DNA from: Rhynchobatus australiae
Lineage: Eukaryota
Direction: 5' to 3'
Length of the DNA: 64,000 nucleotides
Assembly: GCA_034780895.1 (NCBI GenBank)
Contig: JAUZTB010000033.1
Location: forward strand, 26,124,957-26,188,956
Positions 62,981 through 64,000 of the stretch are shown here, piece by piece. Made by a program: the position numbers and the translations under genes. Position 1 is the stretch's first letter. Each line of letters starts with the position of its first letter. The notes beneath the pieces were generated by a model. The model had not been told where the DNA came from, did no database searches, and saw only the letters and a list, made by a program, of their open reading frames with translations.

Positions 62981-63419
62981 GTAAGTAAACTTTCTCTTTC
63001 CTCTGAATTCATAGCAAATAAGAGAAGAATATTAGTGACAGATTCCAAAGTAATGTGAGTGCAGTGCAGGCGCTGTGGGAGGGTGGGGATTTAAGCTCCA
63101 GCCACACTAAATACCTGTTTTGCAGTGTGCAGGATTTTACAAAGACCTGCTTGCATTGTTTGCTAAGGGTAAGACAATGTAGGCAGAGGCAAACATTCTC
63201 TCAACGGCACCCTTGTATTTTTTTCACGAGAGATTGCAGGGTCAGAGTACGGATGTGGGGCAAGTCAGCAGTGAGGGTGATGCTAGGTTGTGGAGACAAG
63301 GGAGGGGTGAGGAGGGGCAGGTTGCCGGGGGGTTGCAGGGAACAAGGCCAGGCATACTGCAACTCCAGTCATCCATCAAGTGTATTCTGAATTCAGCTAT
63401 CAGCATATAGCTTTCTGGG

Positions 63420-63935
63420 ACAGAGAATGCAGAACAGTACAGCACAGGAACAGGCCCTTTGGCCCACGATATTGTGCCGAACTAATTACACACCTAGCTA
63501 AACTAAGCCTTTCTGCCTACACAAGATCCATACCCCTCCATTCTCTGTAATATTCATGTGCCTATCTAAGAACCTCTAAAATGCCTCTCTTGTATTTGCC
63601 TCCACTGTCACCCCTGGCAGCACATTCCAGGCACCTACCACTCTGAGAAAAAAATACGTCCATACATCCCCTTTGAACTTTCTCCATTTCATCTTAAATG
63701 CACACCCTCTACTATTTAGACATTTTGACCTTGGCAAAAAGATCCCAGCTGTCTATCTATACCTATCGTAATTTCTATCAGGCTCCCATCAGCCTCCACC
63801 GCTCCAGAGAAAGCAACCCAAGTTTGTCCAAACCTCTCCTTATAGCACATGCCCTCTAATCCAGGTAGCATCCTGGTAAACCTCTTCTGCACCAAAGCCT
63901 CGACATCCTTCCTGTAATGGGGTGACCAGATGACC
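63420..63935 (-). mobile_element. CR1 3' part
   Basis: ORF 63716..63937 (WSPHYRKDVEALVQKRFTRMLPGLEGM); tail agaacagtacagcacaggaacaggccc. Confidence 0.9.
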
Positions 63936-64000
63936 ATTCCAAGAATGGGACTGTGTTTGTACAGGGAGATCCTTGCATTGTGTCGGTGTCTATGGGGGTG

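Noticed and set aside
926-63935. Apparent antisense bias of young retroelements relative to SBF2
   Set aside because: Several sense copies exist (2717, 10196, 23930, 61781); counts are too small to claim a bias
1-64000. Prokaryote-type systems (CRISPR, operons, defence islands), endogenous viral genes or intact transposases
   Set aside because: No repeat-spacer arrays, no long intact ORFs and no viral or transposase motifs seen; sequence is vertebrate intronic DNA

Overview
Eukaryotic, AT-rich, gap-ridden (short-read-type scaffold) vertebrate DNA. The repeat content (CR1/HER1-type LINEs, tRNA-derived V-SINEs, a DeuSINE relic, Rex1/Babar, RTE, L2, Penelope-like elements, Tigger-type MITEs) points to a cartilaginous fish (shark or ray; inference). 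The window lies inside the 5' part of SBF2 (MTMR13) on the + strand. The only confidently recognised coding exon is the 86-nt exon 2 at 48770-48855 ([29 protein letters not shown]). The canonical exon 1 (MARLADYF...) and exon 3 are not visible. The most interesting signal is a CpG-rich promoter-like island at about 37.6-38.3 kb. It holds an exon ending in a phase-1 GTGAGT donor that splices in frame to exon 2 and gives a hydrophobic, signal-peptide-like alternative N-terminus (MQPDSRWVLALLCICQV-GSVEG). The same exon also has two in-frame phase-1 acceptors. A second candidate first exon lies in intron 2 (about 62.9 kb). Many short Penelope-derived, fold-back elements carry decayed minimal hammerhead-ribozyme motifs. 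Nearly all listed ORFs are spurious, N-gap artefacts or decayed retroelement fragments. Repeat boundaries were judged by eye and are approximate.
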